Origin: Felis catus
Taxonomy: Eukaryota
NCBI RefSeq assembly: GCF_018350175.1
Contig: NC_058368.1
Coordinates: forward strand, 42,534,001 to 42,598,000
DNA length: 64,000 bases
Reading direction: 5' to 3'
The translations under genes and the position numbers were made by a program. Under the pieces are notes generated by a model. It had not been told where the DNA came from. It did no database searches and saw nothing but the letters and a program-made list of their open reading frames with translations. Of this stretch, positions 1 through 12,919 are shown one piece after another. The first letter of the stretch is position 1; every line of letters starts with the position of its first letter.

Positions 1-1601
1 CCATTTCTGTAATTTGGCTATTGTTGATAATGCTGAGAAGTGGATTTTAGCTTGACGTAACTGAAGCCCCATAGTGAAATAAGCTACCTATAAAAATGAT
101 AAGTTATATATATCTGGATACACTTGCATAGAGGAATGACCTGCAAGGAATTCTGAATTGGAATTCTTACATTGCTTGGAAAGTTAGATTACATGCCTAT
201 AAGGTCTTCTTCAATTCCACAACTTTATAATATCATATCAAAACTCTATGTCATAACATTAGAGAAAAAGACAATCCTTTTTCATTAGTTTAGTGCTCTA
301 TAGAACCCTTGTCTACATCAAAGGGAGATAAAGGATTTGCCTAAGAGGAAAACTGGAACAAACCCAGGTTCCCTGGCAGGCAGTTTGAGCTTTATCTAAA
401 TGGCTGCATTACCTCTTCTTGTGTTGCTCACCCACAAATGAAAGGTTATAAAAAGACATCACTAAGAAAATATCTCAATAGTCAAGGTTAGATTCTCCAT
501 GCAGTAAATTAATCAAAACCAATGCTAGAAACAGTGACTGTTTCATAGATTAGTTTAGGAATACATGGAAATCTCGTGCTCTTTTAAAAAGTCCACAGTG
601 TGGGTAGTATGAGAAAGACTTCGACCTTATGATACCAGGGAATGGTCACAGTCAGAGAGGTGTCTTAAAAGATAATAGCAATGAAAATTTATTAAAGAAA
701 GTCAGGGAGACTCCCATGCTTAAAAATTTGCATCAATAGCATTTTGATGATTTTAAAATATTTATGTCCAATAGTTATATTTTCATGTTGAGCAATTTAA
801 CTTCTAATAAAAATGATTTTTCTTCATAAAACCTAAGACAGTTTCCAAGTATTTTCAAAGTCACTATGAAACCCAATGTTGACAAAAATATGCAATCTAA
901 GAAACAAAAACCCTAATAGTTGTATCTTCTTCTTTTCCCATTTTCCAATAAGAAAGATCAGGATTCAGGAGAATTTAAAATTCAAAACACTCCCTGAGGT
1001 TCTTCGATATAGGTCATTTCATTTAGATAAAAACACAAACTTATAATAAGTGATATAAATCACCCTTTATCACAGAATTAGCTGTTTTAATAATCCTGAA
1101 TAAGCCGTTCTTTTCAGCACTCTGATTCACCATGGTTCATATACGTGACCACCCCAAGGGGACCCGGAATCACTAGCCCTGGTGCTTAGGCAGCAGTAAG
1201 ATGACCCTGGAGAATCAGAGTCACTGGAATTTTGCTCCCACTGCCAATTCTCTCTTGCTGCATTTGCCTCTAACGTATATGTGCTTCTTTATTTAAAGCT
1301 TGTTTTTCCCCCCTTTCTTTATTTTTGTTTTGTTTTTCAAAAGTGCATTCTTCTGGAATACAGGGCCAAACTACAGGGTCGTTTGCTACTACAGTTCATC
1401 TGAAAATACTTCCAGAAAGCAGCGTGTATAAACTTAGTAACATGCATGAGATAAACAAGCCATCTCTAAATACGCTCCAGGAATTTCTAAAACAATGTGA
1501 AAGTGGCATCTGGGTGAGACGGCAATTTAAACTTCTCAACTCTTCACTCAAATTTGTGTTTAAAACTTCTTCAAACAACTGATCATGTAAAGAGGAAAAA
1601 A

Positions 1602-1819
1602 GGGGCGCCTGGGTGGCTCAGTTGGTTAAGCATCTGACTTCGGCTCAGGTCGTGATCTTGCAGTTTGTGGGTTCAAGCCCCGCGTTGGGCTGTGTGCTGA
1701 CAGCTCAGAGCCTGGAGCCTGCTTCGGATTCTGTGTCTCCCTATCTCTCTGCCCCTCCTCTCTCATGCTCTCTCTCTCTCTCTCTCTTAAAAATAAATAA
1801 CAAATTAAAAAAAATTTAA
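1602..1819 (+). mobile_element. Can-SINE (SINEC_Fc type)
   Basis: GGGGCGCCTGGGTGGCTCAG tRNA-derived head, (CT)n tract, AATAAA/A-tail, flanked by duplicated AAAGAGGAAAAAA. Confidence 0.95.
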
Positions 1820-2007
1820 AAAGAGGAAAAAATCATGTTGTGATTGTTGGTTATTATGCTGCAGAAACTGGAGAGAGGCTATAGTTATGAGGTAGCAATG
1901 TCATGTGAGGAATAAGAAATCTCCAGGCCCCTGTGTAATATGCATAGGTTTACAAAAATCATTCCTAGGTAGGAAAGATCACTGTTAACTATTATTGCTA
2001 ATAATAA

Positions 2008-2182
2008 TGCATTTCATTGACTCTAAGATGCCAACAATTATACAATGTATTATAATTCCATTTGCCATTAAAAATGTTATCAACTAAAAAAAAAATGTTA
2101 TCAACTAGTTTTATGATAGCAAGATTACAAGATGCAGCAAAATCTCAGAAATATCACAATGTCTGTTGTGAATCGTTAAAAT
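2008..2182. mobile_element. Degenerate Tc2-family MITE (MER104/Kanga-like)
   Basis: Begins GCATTTCATTGACTCTAAGATGC and ends GAATCGTTAAAATG, resembling the recalled CCGTATTTCATCGATTCTAAGA terminal inverted repeat. Confidence 0.4.
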
Positions 2183-4364
2183 GTTAATATTTCTTCGTTT
2201 TTATTTTGTTTGGAGGTTTACAATGCCATACGTTAGGGTAGGGCAGAGGCATGTGGAGGTATCACAGGTAGCTCAAACTGGACATCTGGCTTCAGAGCCC
2301 AGCTTGGGAAAAATAATCTAATCTCCAGCTGCGCGTATCCAATTTATAGTTTCTATGTCTCCTTCCATGTTCCTTGCCACAGATCTCATTTTATAAGGAA
2401 TATTTCCTTTCTTTCCTCCCCCCTTTTTCCAATCTGTCTCACTTTAATTCACATAAAGCTTAAGGTTTTGTAAAATTATGAGGTAGAACATCTAACCAAA
2501 TACCAGTACTTCCCTAGCCAAGGCAATATCACAATAAGAACACGGGGGGGGGGGGCAGTGCTTAGGAGATACAAACAATCAGTGGTTTACAAAGAGAGCT
2601 CTGAGGGGAGGTTGTACAATGAGAGCAGACAAGGGGGATTTGAAAATGCATGCAGTAAACTTGTTAGGAGTCAATGGGAAAAAAAAACAGTTGCAGAAAA
2701 CACAAGTGGGAGAAATTATAGTACATTTGCAAAGTGGGGAGAGGTATTGGCCTATTTTCCCACCATACATTTTTTTCTCTTCTTGGACAGTGGGAAAATA
2801 GGAGATCTGGTAGTGTTGACTGTAGTGAACTACACCATTCTCATATACAATAAGATTTTCTGTTCCTAAAAAACAAGAAAGGGCATCTCTGATGTGTCTG
2901 CTACAGTGCTCCTCAATTGCTATTCCTTCCTCTCCACCCATGCTGAATATCCTTAAACCTGAACTATAAGCGATGAGGTAGAGAATGAATCAATCCTTCA
3001 CTGCAGCAGCTGGTCTTCTTAAGAGTACCTGTATTCAAGATGGCATCACAGCCAAGAGCTATAGTTGGTCTTCTGAGCTTGCTACATCATCTAGTGCGAA
3101 AGTAAAGCAGATTGGGAGGTATATTAAGTATATGCTTTGGGAATTTGATATGTTATATTTAATTGCACTCACTAGAAATGAGGGGTAACTAAACTGTCTA
3201 TATAATGCTATAGTTTCAGATGAATAGCACTATCTAATCTCTTGAAACGGAGACTAAAGTTGCCATCTGAATCAATCACTTGGACTTTAATTTGACAATT
3301 TACAAAGTAGGTAATAATAACAGAAAAGAACAGTAAAGTATCTGTGGCTCCATTTTCTTTTTTCCCAAATTTTATGCAATGTGTCAGTAGAAGGCTCTGT
3401 CAAATGACTTATGGAAATTATCTATATTTATGTGCACTGGAATGTTATTGTGTTGCAACACAAGAAACCATTGAGAAGAACTTCTCACTCATTCATTTTA
3501 CTCAGTAAACATTTTATCACTGCCTGTACAAGACCAGAAACTGATACACGTAAGCCAAGTCATCTTCAGGTAATAATGTAAGGATGAAGACTAGCTGATA
3601 ATCTATTTAAAGCAAATCTTGTCTATTGAAATCTACAACCATAAGCTCAATGAAAGCATGAGAGTATCTATCACTATTTCCTCAGTCTGCTTTATCAAGT
3701 GCAATTTTATAGGTCAAAACTTTGGGGTGATCTTCTTGCCTCCATCTGAGGGTGAAAATATAGCATGAATTATCTTTAGTGATAAAGAACAGTTACCAAA
3801 ATAGAGATGACTCAACTTCTGCACAGTGAAGCTATGTGGTAATGGAAATTGGCTTTCAGCTGCTGTGACATGTAATTTTATAATACATTTTAGAACATTT
3901 AACCTATCCACATTTATTCAGCTATGTCTGCAATAGTGAGAGGTAGTGCTATTGTTACAGATTCTGCTAAAGCCACTTATGTGCTATTAATATACAAGAA
4001 CAAAAAGGAGTTCTTTCTTCACTGGTGGTCTCTTCCAGCTATTCGAAAGGCTGCTCGGCCCAAAAATGTCATCAACCACAAGATTTATTTGTTTTTCTTT
4101 GTCCATAATCTATACATGGCTTTTACTAAAAATCAAAACTTTAAAAATGTCCAAAAGGGAGAGAAAATCTGTTCAATTCCACATCAAAAGTATCTTAAAA
4201 ATTTGAAAGCTGAAAGGAATGCTCATAACCACTATGATTCCAGTCTTAATTTCAGTAGCTATGCATAAATTATACAGTAAGGAAAAAGGAGATTTTCTAT
4301 ACAAGAGAGAGAGTGAGAGAGACAGAGAGGGAGACTGGGAAGATGTCCATTTTAGCCATTTAGC

Positions 4365-4560
4365 AATGGACTGTTGTTGGGAATGTAAATTGGTGCAGCC
4401 ACTATGGAAAACAACACGGAAACGCCTCAAAAAATTGAGAATTGAAATATCATACCATCTAGCAATTTCACTTCTAGGTATTTATCCAAAGAAGAAAAAA
4501 ACACTAATTCAAAAAAATATACATACTGTATGTTCGTTATAACATTATTTACATTGTAGC
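4365..4560 (+). mobile_element. LINE-1 fragment (ORF2 C-terminal region)
   Basis: TGTTGGGAATGTAAATTGGTGCAGCCACTATGGAAAAC; translates CWECKLVQPLWK...ISLLGIYPK, typical of the L1 ORF2 C-terminus. Confidence 0.9.
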
Positions 4561-4639
4561 TCAGTGGAAAATGTATGAACTTATCATATGAAGTAGCTTT
4601 AAATCCCATCTTTACTATTTATTTTAAAGATTCTGAGAA

Positions 4640-4805
4640 GAGTATTCTGTCTTATTGAGACTTAGTATCCTTTCCTATAAAAAAGTTAAAAATAACATTC
4701 CCTTTTTATTGAGTTGTTGTGAGGACCTAATGATCTGGACTCTTCAGAATGTTTAGCGCATTTTCTGGCACCTCATAGGTACCCAATACGTAGTGTCCAT
4801 TATTT
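4640..4805 (+). mobile_element. MIR SINE fragment
   Basis: Degenerate MIR core and 3' part (GAGTTGTTGTGAGGA...TTTAGCGCATTTTCTGGCACCTCATAGGTACCCAATA). Confidence 0.6.
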
Positions 4806-6601
4806 ATGCAAGTTATGTAAGTTTCATGATATGTTTAAGATATGATTATAATGGGTTGTGTGTTCATGCTTTATTTACAGACAGTCTGTTTCTTCTATTG
4901 ATCTAAAGTATTGAATTCATGGTAATCTGTTAATGTATCATTGAAATAGCCTATACAAATCAGAGTGACTAAATACTTTGATCAAATCACAAAAAAAAAA
5001 TTCTCCATGGAAACAAAATGGAACAGTTCTGGTTTAAAGGAAAATAATGTGAAAGGATATTAACAGTGTGTGTCTCCATGTGATCCAGGAAATGGATCTT
5101 CTACTGTGAGAATCCAAAGCATTAAGATAATACCTGTATCAGGCAGGAAATGATGCACCCCCTCCCCCCAGTTCTCAGAGACAAAACTCTAGTCCATGCC
5201 ATCACATGTGTATCTTCTGCTGTCCTGACATCTGCCATGTCCTACTTTGCATAAGCCATGGTGGATTCCTGTCAAATCACCCAAGTAATAATATAACCAT
5301 CTGAAACATTAACAGAAGACTCTTCTGACATAAGCTGTCACACTATGCGCAAATCAAGTTTGCTTATTAAAATAATTTAGTTTTTGTTCCGACTGTTCAA
5401 CGTTGCCATTAGAACCTATGAGCAGTCTTATCGACTCTTCACTGCTATTAACAAGTCTTAATCGCTCAGAGATTCAGCACAGTAGGATATTGCAATCAGA
5501 GCAAATTCCCCATTTGATTCCAGCACAGAAGCTACCAATGAAACTAAGAGAGTGATAATACAAAATTCTCTAACTTCATCTCCTTTTCTTCCACTTCACT
5601 GTGAATAAAAATGAAACTATCATACAGACTTACTTGTAAGCTGTTATTTCTTAAATTTGCAGTGGCTATTAATATCCAGTATCACCAAGGATTTAACTAT
5701 ATCTAAAATGTTACCATTACTTGAAAATTAAAAGCATCCCAACAATCAGCAGTTTTGCTTTTCAAAGTATATGACTTGTACATCTGGTTACCCAATCCAG
5801 TCGAGAGGCAATCGTTGTAATAGGTTCAGGTTGCACCATAGCACGACATCTGCTCTACAGTACACAATCTGACTCTGGATAGGAACCCTTGAAATGGAGT
5901 AATTATGCTTTCATTAACTTCAGAACAATTCCCATCAGCTGATATTTGGTCGCAAATGACAAACAGTTAATAAGTAAGTCGTCTGGATTATTTTCAAGTG
6001 GTCTTTTCTGGTGTTTGGGGGTTACTTTGGTAACAAGATTGGGTGTTTTTCTTTACCAGAAGTACACTCCTCATAATGTCATTCCATCAGTTGATTTCTC
6101 TTTTGCTACTGGAAATGCTTTTTTCTACTCACTCCCCATTGCCTTATTTTTCAAAACAACAATATTCCTGGGGTTTAAAAAAGGGTTAAATCATAAAGGA
6201 ACATGCTTGCTAGCATCAATGGTTACTGATTTATGATGAGTACTTTTGGTCAATTATTGTCTGAAAGACTAAATGTACCTCCTGGGTCCAGAACTTAGTC
6301 ATACAAAGTGTCTGACTCACATTGCCAGAATTGACCATTAATTATGATGACCGCAGGTGGCCATCCATGTATATCTTAGCTTTTTCTGGAAAATGTGCAA
6401 CATGAGAACTATTAGGGGTAAAAGTCCAGTGGTGAAAGAATAAGGAGAAAAATATTGCAAACTTGAAAGGCGCTTTAAAGTAGCTAATTCAACCTCTTTG
6501 ATTTGGAAATCAGAAAACCTAGGGGAATAATCCTGACAAGCACATATATCTGGTATGTAGCTGCTTCAAGTCTAAGAACCAGTCCTCTCCCACTCTATGT
6601 T

Positions 6602-6765
6602 AGGTGTTGTCAACCCTGAGGGCACATTATAATTACCTTCAGTGCTTTTTAAAAATAAGAATTATTGATTCCCCCTCCCCACAAAGTTTCTGATTTAATT
6701 GATCTGGGGCAGGGCCCAGAACTGGTGTTTCTTAAAAGCCCCCAGTTAATTCCAATATGTCTTCC
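6602..6765. mobile_element. MER5-family hAT-Charlie MITE
   Basis: TTCTGATTTAATTGATCTGGGGCAGGGCCCAG...AAAAGCCCCCAGTTAATTCCAATATG resembles the MER5A consensus. Confidence 0.7.
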
Positions 6766-8229
6766 CAACAATATCTATTTGCACCATCAGGAGAAATGTT
6801 TCTCTTCTCTTAGGATCAGAAACAGTTCATTCTTATTTTGAGAAATGCATGCTCTGGACACTGAGGACCATGTGCAATACATTTCTCTTGTTGTCTTGGC
6901 TACCGGAATGCTTGGTGTGAAGTGTGCGGTGACTGTATGGTCCTCCAGAACATACATTCTCTTCAGATTCAGTTTTAAGGCACTACACTTTCTTTCTTTG
7001 GCATTTTTTTCCCTCACTGGTTTGTAATAAATGTTATTTTGCTGTTTTGTGTTTTGTTGGAAGCCACCTTTGAGGAATAACTTGGGACATCACAAAAGGT
7101 AAGGAACTAGTTCCCTAACTATGGATAAAATATAACACAAACATGTGCTTAAAAGCAGTGAGAGTCCTAAGTAGACTTTAGAATGGTTCTCTATCTATTA
7201 CTTGGAATTCTGCAAACCCTTTAATATGGACAAAAATAAAAAGAGAAACAAGAGCACATATGCACTAGGAACAGCGGGCTAAGTGCTATGAGTGGGTGGG
7301 AAAAGGAGAAACAAGAATTGGAAAGCAGAAGGCATGGAAGTTGAGTGGTGGGAAGAGAGGAAGGGAAGCAAAATGATGGCCGGTGTTTGATTACATGGAA
7401 TAACCCTGATCCTGAGTCTCACCAAATGATTGTACCAACTCTAGAATTCCTCTTTTTCTGGCAACGTCATATGAAGTCCATCCTGCATCAGTAATTCTTG
7501 ATTTGCAAAATGCCAGTGCTTTCGGTGGCTGAAAGACTTGCCTCTCACCATTTATAAATATGGGGCTTACATTTTTATATCAAACAATTTTAGATGACCT
7601 CCTAAGTACACTTTGGGTAAGAAAATATTGTGGTGGTATTGGTGACTGCTATTTTATGTTACCATCAGTAAAACAACAATTCTGATATGAAAGTCCGGGA
7701 AGATACATGTAAATATTAGAATGTGTTCATTTGAATCCAGAACGTGGACAATTAATCCTATTTCATCCCATTGTTTTGGTATTGTATGTTTTAAGGAAAC
7801 TGAGCAGAATTAGACTTTTGTATGGTGTGGTAAATTTACTTTGTTTTATTGTGCTTTGCAGGAATTGGGGTTTTTTTTTACAAATTAAAGATTTGTGGCA
7901 ACCTTGTGTTGAGCAAGTTTATTGGCACCATTTTTCCAACAGCAATTTCTCACTTTGTGTCCCTGTCACATTTTGGTAATTCTAGCGATATTTTAGACTT
8001 TTAAATAATTATCACATATTCATTATCAGTGATCAGTGATCTTTGATGTTAATATTATAGTTATTTTGGGGCCATGATGAACTGTGCCCATTTAAGACAA
8101 CAAACTTAATCAGAAATGTTGTGTGTTCTGAGTAATCCACCAACCAGCTGTCCTTCTGTCTGTCTCCCTCTTCTCTCCTATTCCCTGAGATGCAACAATA
8201 TTGAAATTAAGCCAGTTAATAACCCTACA

Positions 8230-10212
8230 CTGGCCTCCAAGTGTTCGAGTGAAAGTGAGAGTCACATGACTCCACTTTAAATCAAAAGCTAGAAATGATT
8301 AAGCTTATAATGAGGAAGGTACCTTGAAAGCTGAGACAGCTTGAAAGATAGGCCTCTTGTGCCAGTTAGCCAAGCTGTGAATGCAAAGGAAAAGTTCTAG
8401 AAGGAAATGCGAAAGTGCTACTCTAGTGAACACATGAATGATAAGAGAACAAAAAGCCTTATTGCTGATAAGAAAGTTTGAGTGGTCTGGGCAGAAGATA
8501 AAGCCAACCACAACATTCCCTTAAGCCAAAGCCTAACCCCGAGCAAAACCCAAACTCTTTTCAATTCTGTGAAGGCTGAGACAGATGAGGAAGCTGCAGA
8601 AGAGAGTTTGAAGTTAACGGAGGTTGGTTCATGAGATATAAGGAAAGAAGCCATCTCCATAACACAAAAGTGCAAGGAAAAGCAGCAAATGTTGAGGTAG
8701 AAGATGCAGCAAGTTATCCAGAAGATCTAAGATAATTAATGAGGGTAGCTATGCTAAACAACAGATTTTCGGTGTAGGTGAAACAGCCTTCTATTGGAAA
8801 AAGATGCTATATAGGACTTTCATAACTAGAGAGAAGTCAGTGCTTGGCATCAAAAGCTCAAATGAAGGACAGTCTGACTCTCTCGTTGGGGGCAAATGCA
8901 GCTGGTGACTTGAAGTTGAAGCCAATGCTCATTGACCATTTCAGAAGTCCTAGGGTCTTGAAGAATTATGCTAAATCTACTCTGCCTGTGCTCTATAAAT
9001 GGAATAAAGCCTAGATGGTAGCCAATCTGTTTACAGCATGGTTTCCTGAATATTTTAAGCCCACTGTTGAAACCTACCCTTCAGAAAAACGTATTCTTTT
9101 CAAAATATTACTCCTAATTGACAATGCACCTGGTCATGTGACAGCTCTGATGGAGATATACAATGAGATTAATATTTTTATGCCTGCTAACACAGCAATG
9201 CATTCTGCAGCCCATGAATCAAGTAGTAATCTCCAAGTCTTATTATTTAAGAAATATATCTTATAAGGCTATTGCTGCCATAGACAGTGATTCCTCTGAT
9301 GAATCTGAGCAGAGTAAATTGAAAATCTTCTGGAAAGGATTTACCATTCTAGATGCCATTAGGAACATTTGTGATTCATGGGAAAAGGTCAACATATCAA
9401 CATTAACAGGAGTTTGGCAGAAGTTGATTCCAACCCTCATGGGTGACTTAGACAGTGTTAATATTTCAGTAGAGGAAGTACCTGCAGATGTGGTAGAAAT
9501 AGCAAGAGAACCAGAAGTAGAGCCTGAAGATGTGACTGAATTTCTGCAGTCTCATGATAAAATTGTAATGCATAAGGAATTGCTTTTTATGGGTGAGGAA
9601 AGAAATGGCTTCTTGAGATGGAATCTACTTCTGGTGAAGAGGCTGTGAAGATTGTTGAAATTACAAGAAAGGATTTAGAATATTACAAAAACTTAGTTGA
9701 TAAATCATTGGCACCATTTGAGAGGCCTGACTACAATTTTAACTTAAAAAAATTTTATTAAATATTTATTTTTGAGAGAGAGAGAGAGAGATTGAGTGGG
9801 GGAGGGGCAGAGAGAGAAGGAGACACAAAATCTAAAGCAAGCTCCAGGCTCTGAGCTGTCAGCACAGAGCCCAGGTCCCAAGCCCACCAACTGTGAGATC
9901 ATGACCTGAGCTGAAGTCAAGATGTTTAACTGACTGAGACACCCAGGTGCCCCTGCTCCAATTTTGAAAGAAGGTCTACTGTAAGTAAAACCCTATCAAA
10001 CAGTATTGCATGCTACAGAGAAAGTGTTCACAAAAGGGAGAGTTAATTGCTGCAGCAAACTTCATTGTCTTACTTGAAGAAATTGACACAGTCACCTCAA
10101 CCTTCAGCAACCACCACCCTGACAAGTTAGAAGCCATCAACACTGAGGTAAGATTGTGATTTGCTAAACCACAAAAAGATTGTGATTTGCTAAAAGCTCA
10201 AATGATGGTCAG
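8230..10212 (+). pseudogene. Disrupted Tigger1 (pogo/CENP-B-like, DDE_1) transposase
   Basis: Start codon degraded to CTG before [29 protein letters not shown] (9015 ORF); LQPMNQ, KAIAAIDSDSSDESEQSKLKIFWKGFTILDAIRNICDSWEKV (9163 ORF); frameshifts, stops and a SINE insertion. Confidence 0.9.
9741..9953 (-). mobile_element. Can-SINE nested in Tigger1
   Basis: Reverse head ACCCAGGTGCCCC, (GA)n; flanked by CTACAATTTT / CTCCAATTTT. Confidence 0.93.
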
Positions 10213-12747
10213 CATTTTTTAGTGATAGTGATAGTATATTTTTAAATTCAGGAATGTACATTTTTTCAGATATAATGCTAAACCTAATAGACTGCGGTAT
10301 AATGTAAGCACAACTTTTATATGCACTGGGAAACCAAAAAATTTATTTGACTCACTTTACCGAAGTATTTGCTTTATTGTAATGATCTAGAACTAAACCT
10401 GCAATACCTCCAAGGTATCCTTATATAAGTTTTAATAAACTTTTATATAGTTCCATTTATCAACATTAATTGTCTCAGTTAAGATCTTACATTGATTCAA
10501 CATGGAAATAAAATAGCTCCGCATCAAAGCCCTAGAAAAATGGCTCAAATTGATTCTAATAAAAGGCTGTTGTTTTAACAATTATGGCTTATAATTCATT
10601 TTGATTTTGTGGCTTTTAAATCAGCAACAGTTTCAAGGGCTTCATTTATATCTGATGTTTTAATTTCAAATGGAAATAAGGATGGTAACCTAGTTCACTA
10701 CTTTCTACCTAGCAATTAAGAGTGTTTGGCATATAACATGTGCTCAAGAAAATGTTACAGAACGCACAAAGATTAGCTTTGAGAGCACAAAGTGATATTA
10801 AGGAAAGGGAAAATGAAAACATTAAGAGAATAAATAAGTACAATGAGTACTAGCATATTTGAATTGGGTTTCTGACATTGAAATCCTTGCAAAATTTAGA
10901 AATAACATTTAGATTTTATGAAAGTAAATAAAATGAGAAAACAGGCATTGAAGATTTAGGCTTATTTTCCATAAATATATATATCAAAACAAATTATCTC
11001 ATCAAATACATCATTAGTATCACATATAGCAACAGACTAGATTATAATTGTTAAGAACTCATTTTTACTCAATTTTACTCTTTTATATTTTCTCAAAAAT
11101 ATCTTCAGTTGAACTTTACCAACCATCCGATGAGGTAGACGTAGGATTTAATGTTAAGGACCCTAAGGTTTAGAATTAGGAAGTCTCATGCTTAAAGTTT
11201 GTTCTGCTCCGGGTTTGGGGTTTTGTACAATGCTCCTTTCTGCTAGTTATTGTAAAAGTGATTTTCATCACACTGACCTCATAATGCAGATGTTTATAAA
11301 ATATAAATACATCGAATATAAATACACTTAGCATAAAATATAAATACAACTAACATAAATAAATGCTCTAGCACAAAAAAAAGACAGCTGTAGCATCGGA
11401 ACCAAATAAGTAGAAGAGGTCTCTGAGAAGCTGTTCCTTACAGGTTTAGAAAAATCACAAAAGTTCTGCTGGCTAGACAGAATAGCAGGCCGAACTCTAG
11501 GGGAGTGAGTCAAGGGGAAAGGTATACCGTCACATACATGTAGCCTCCCCAGTGATGCAAGCTTCCAACTGAAGTCCTGTTCAATTCAAACTCCTCTAAA
11601 ACTATCATGGCTGTTACATGCTCAGGCAGACTGTGAGCGGGGGGAACTGAAGAGAAAATGCACCCTGATGTTTAGTGCCTCATCAGCATTATGTACGTGT
11701 ATATTTTGGGAGAATGAACCCTGTCAGGGAACACGCTTCCTATTTCTTCTCCCGAGAAAACGGGTCCTATATCCCCCTAAAAGGCAGTAGTAACTATCAT
11801 GGAAGAACTCCCTTTGGCCTAAGAAAGGCAAAAAGGGCGCATTTTAGGAGCTTTCCAACAAAAAATGTGTAAAGAGGAAATGCAAATAGAACTCTTTAGA
11901 GTGACATTTCTCAATCTTCATTTTAGCACACAATTTCCAAAAGAGATGTTTTAATTTGCTTTAAAGATAATGAGCTTATTCTGTCAGGAAACAAGAAGAA
12001 AATGTTTTAAAATGAAAGACAGAGTGCTACAACATTGTAAAATTTGTAACACTTTCTTAGGAACAATGATCTTTGTTTTTCATCCTCATTAACAATGTTC
12101 ATGGGAGAAGAAGGGCCTTGCCATATATATCTTACTGTTGGTGTTGTTGTTACTAAAGAAAACACAGTCTGGATAATGAACCAGTGTCTTTTCATCTTGA
12201 ACCACCTAGGTTAATTAGTGAAGCATTCATACAATTTATAAAGTATTCATACTAAGAAATATCTATAGTTCTGGGAACACGCACACATATTAAATGTGTA
12301 AAACATTAGGCACTTGCTATGTAGCAAACTGACACTGAAGGAGTAAAAATGTCAAGGATCCCAAATCCCTATGTGAACGACTTTTATCATTCACTGTAAA
12401 AGAATGCTAATAGAGTGTCCAGAGAATACCTTTGTATATCAGATCCAATGTTCCTTGTGATTCATTCCACTTACATTTTAAAGCTGTTGATAGAAGGTGA
12501 GTATGGGATGCATCAGGGAGAAAACATGCAGAGGACATGCAAATGTTCTGCAACTCGCTTTGTACTTGCCTTACACAAAAATGAGATGACATAGGAAATA
12601 CTATCTCAGTGGTCACATTCTTTCAAATTAAAACCTCTCATGTTTGTCAATTATTTAAATCCCACCTATCCCTTGACCCCTTGAATTCCTAAAAAAAAAG
12701 TTCCTCTAGACACTAAATGACTACTTTACAAGTATATCCATAGATTT

Positions 12748-12919
12748 ATTTTCTTAAGTTTATTTATTTACTTTGGAGAGAGAGAGCAGGCACGGGTGCA
12801 CAAGCAGGAGAAAGGCAGAGACAGAGGGAGAAAGAGAATCCCAAGCAGGCTCCATGCTGTCAGCACTGAGCCAAAATCAAGAGTCAGACGCTTTACTGAC
12901 TGAACCACCCAGCCACCCC
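12748..12919 (-). mobile_element. Can-SINE (older felid subfamily, internally shortened)
   Basis: GAGAATCCCAAGCAGGCTCC...AAATCAAGAGTCAGACGC; flanked by duplicated TCCATAGATTTA. Confidence 0.9.

Larger units (their letters stand above)
7833..10421 (+). mobile_element. Full-length decayed Tigger1 DNA transposon (TcMar-Tigger), interrupted by a Can-SINE
   Basis: 5' end TTTTATTGTGCTTTGCAG...TTACAAATTAAAGATTTGTGGCAACC; 3' end ATGCACTGGGAAACCAAAAAA...GCAATACCTCCAAGGTATCC followed by TA; about 2.4 kb once the SINE is removed. Confidence 0.95.

Noticed and set aside
1325..1582. 85-aa ORF with an upstream pyrimidine tract and TGG|GTGAGA as a coding exon
   Set aside because: Acceptor is atypical (TCAAAAG) and the peptide is unrecognised; too little support
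9163..9648. 161-aa ORF as a TIGD1-like gene
   Set aside because: It is a fragment of a frameshifted Tigger1 transposase within a complete element; the start codon is lost and a SINE interrupts the C-terminal region
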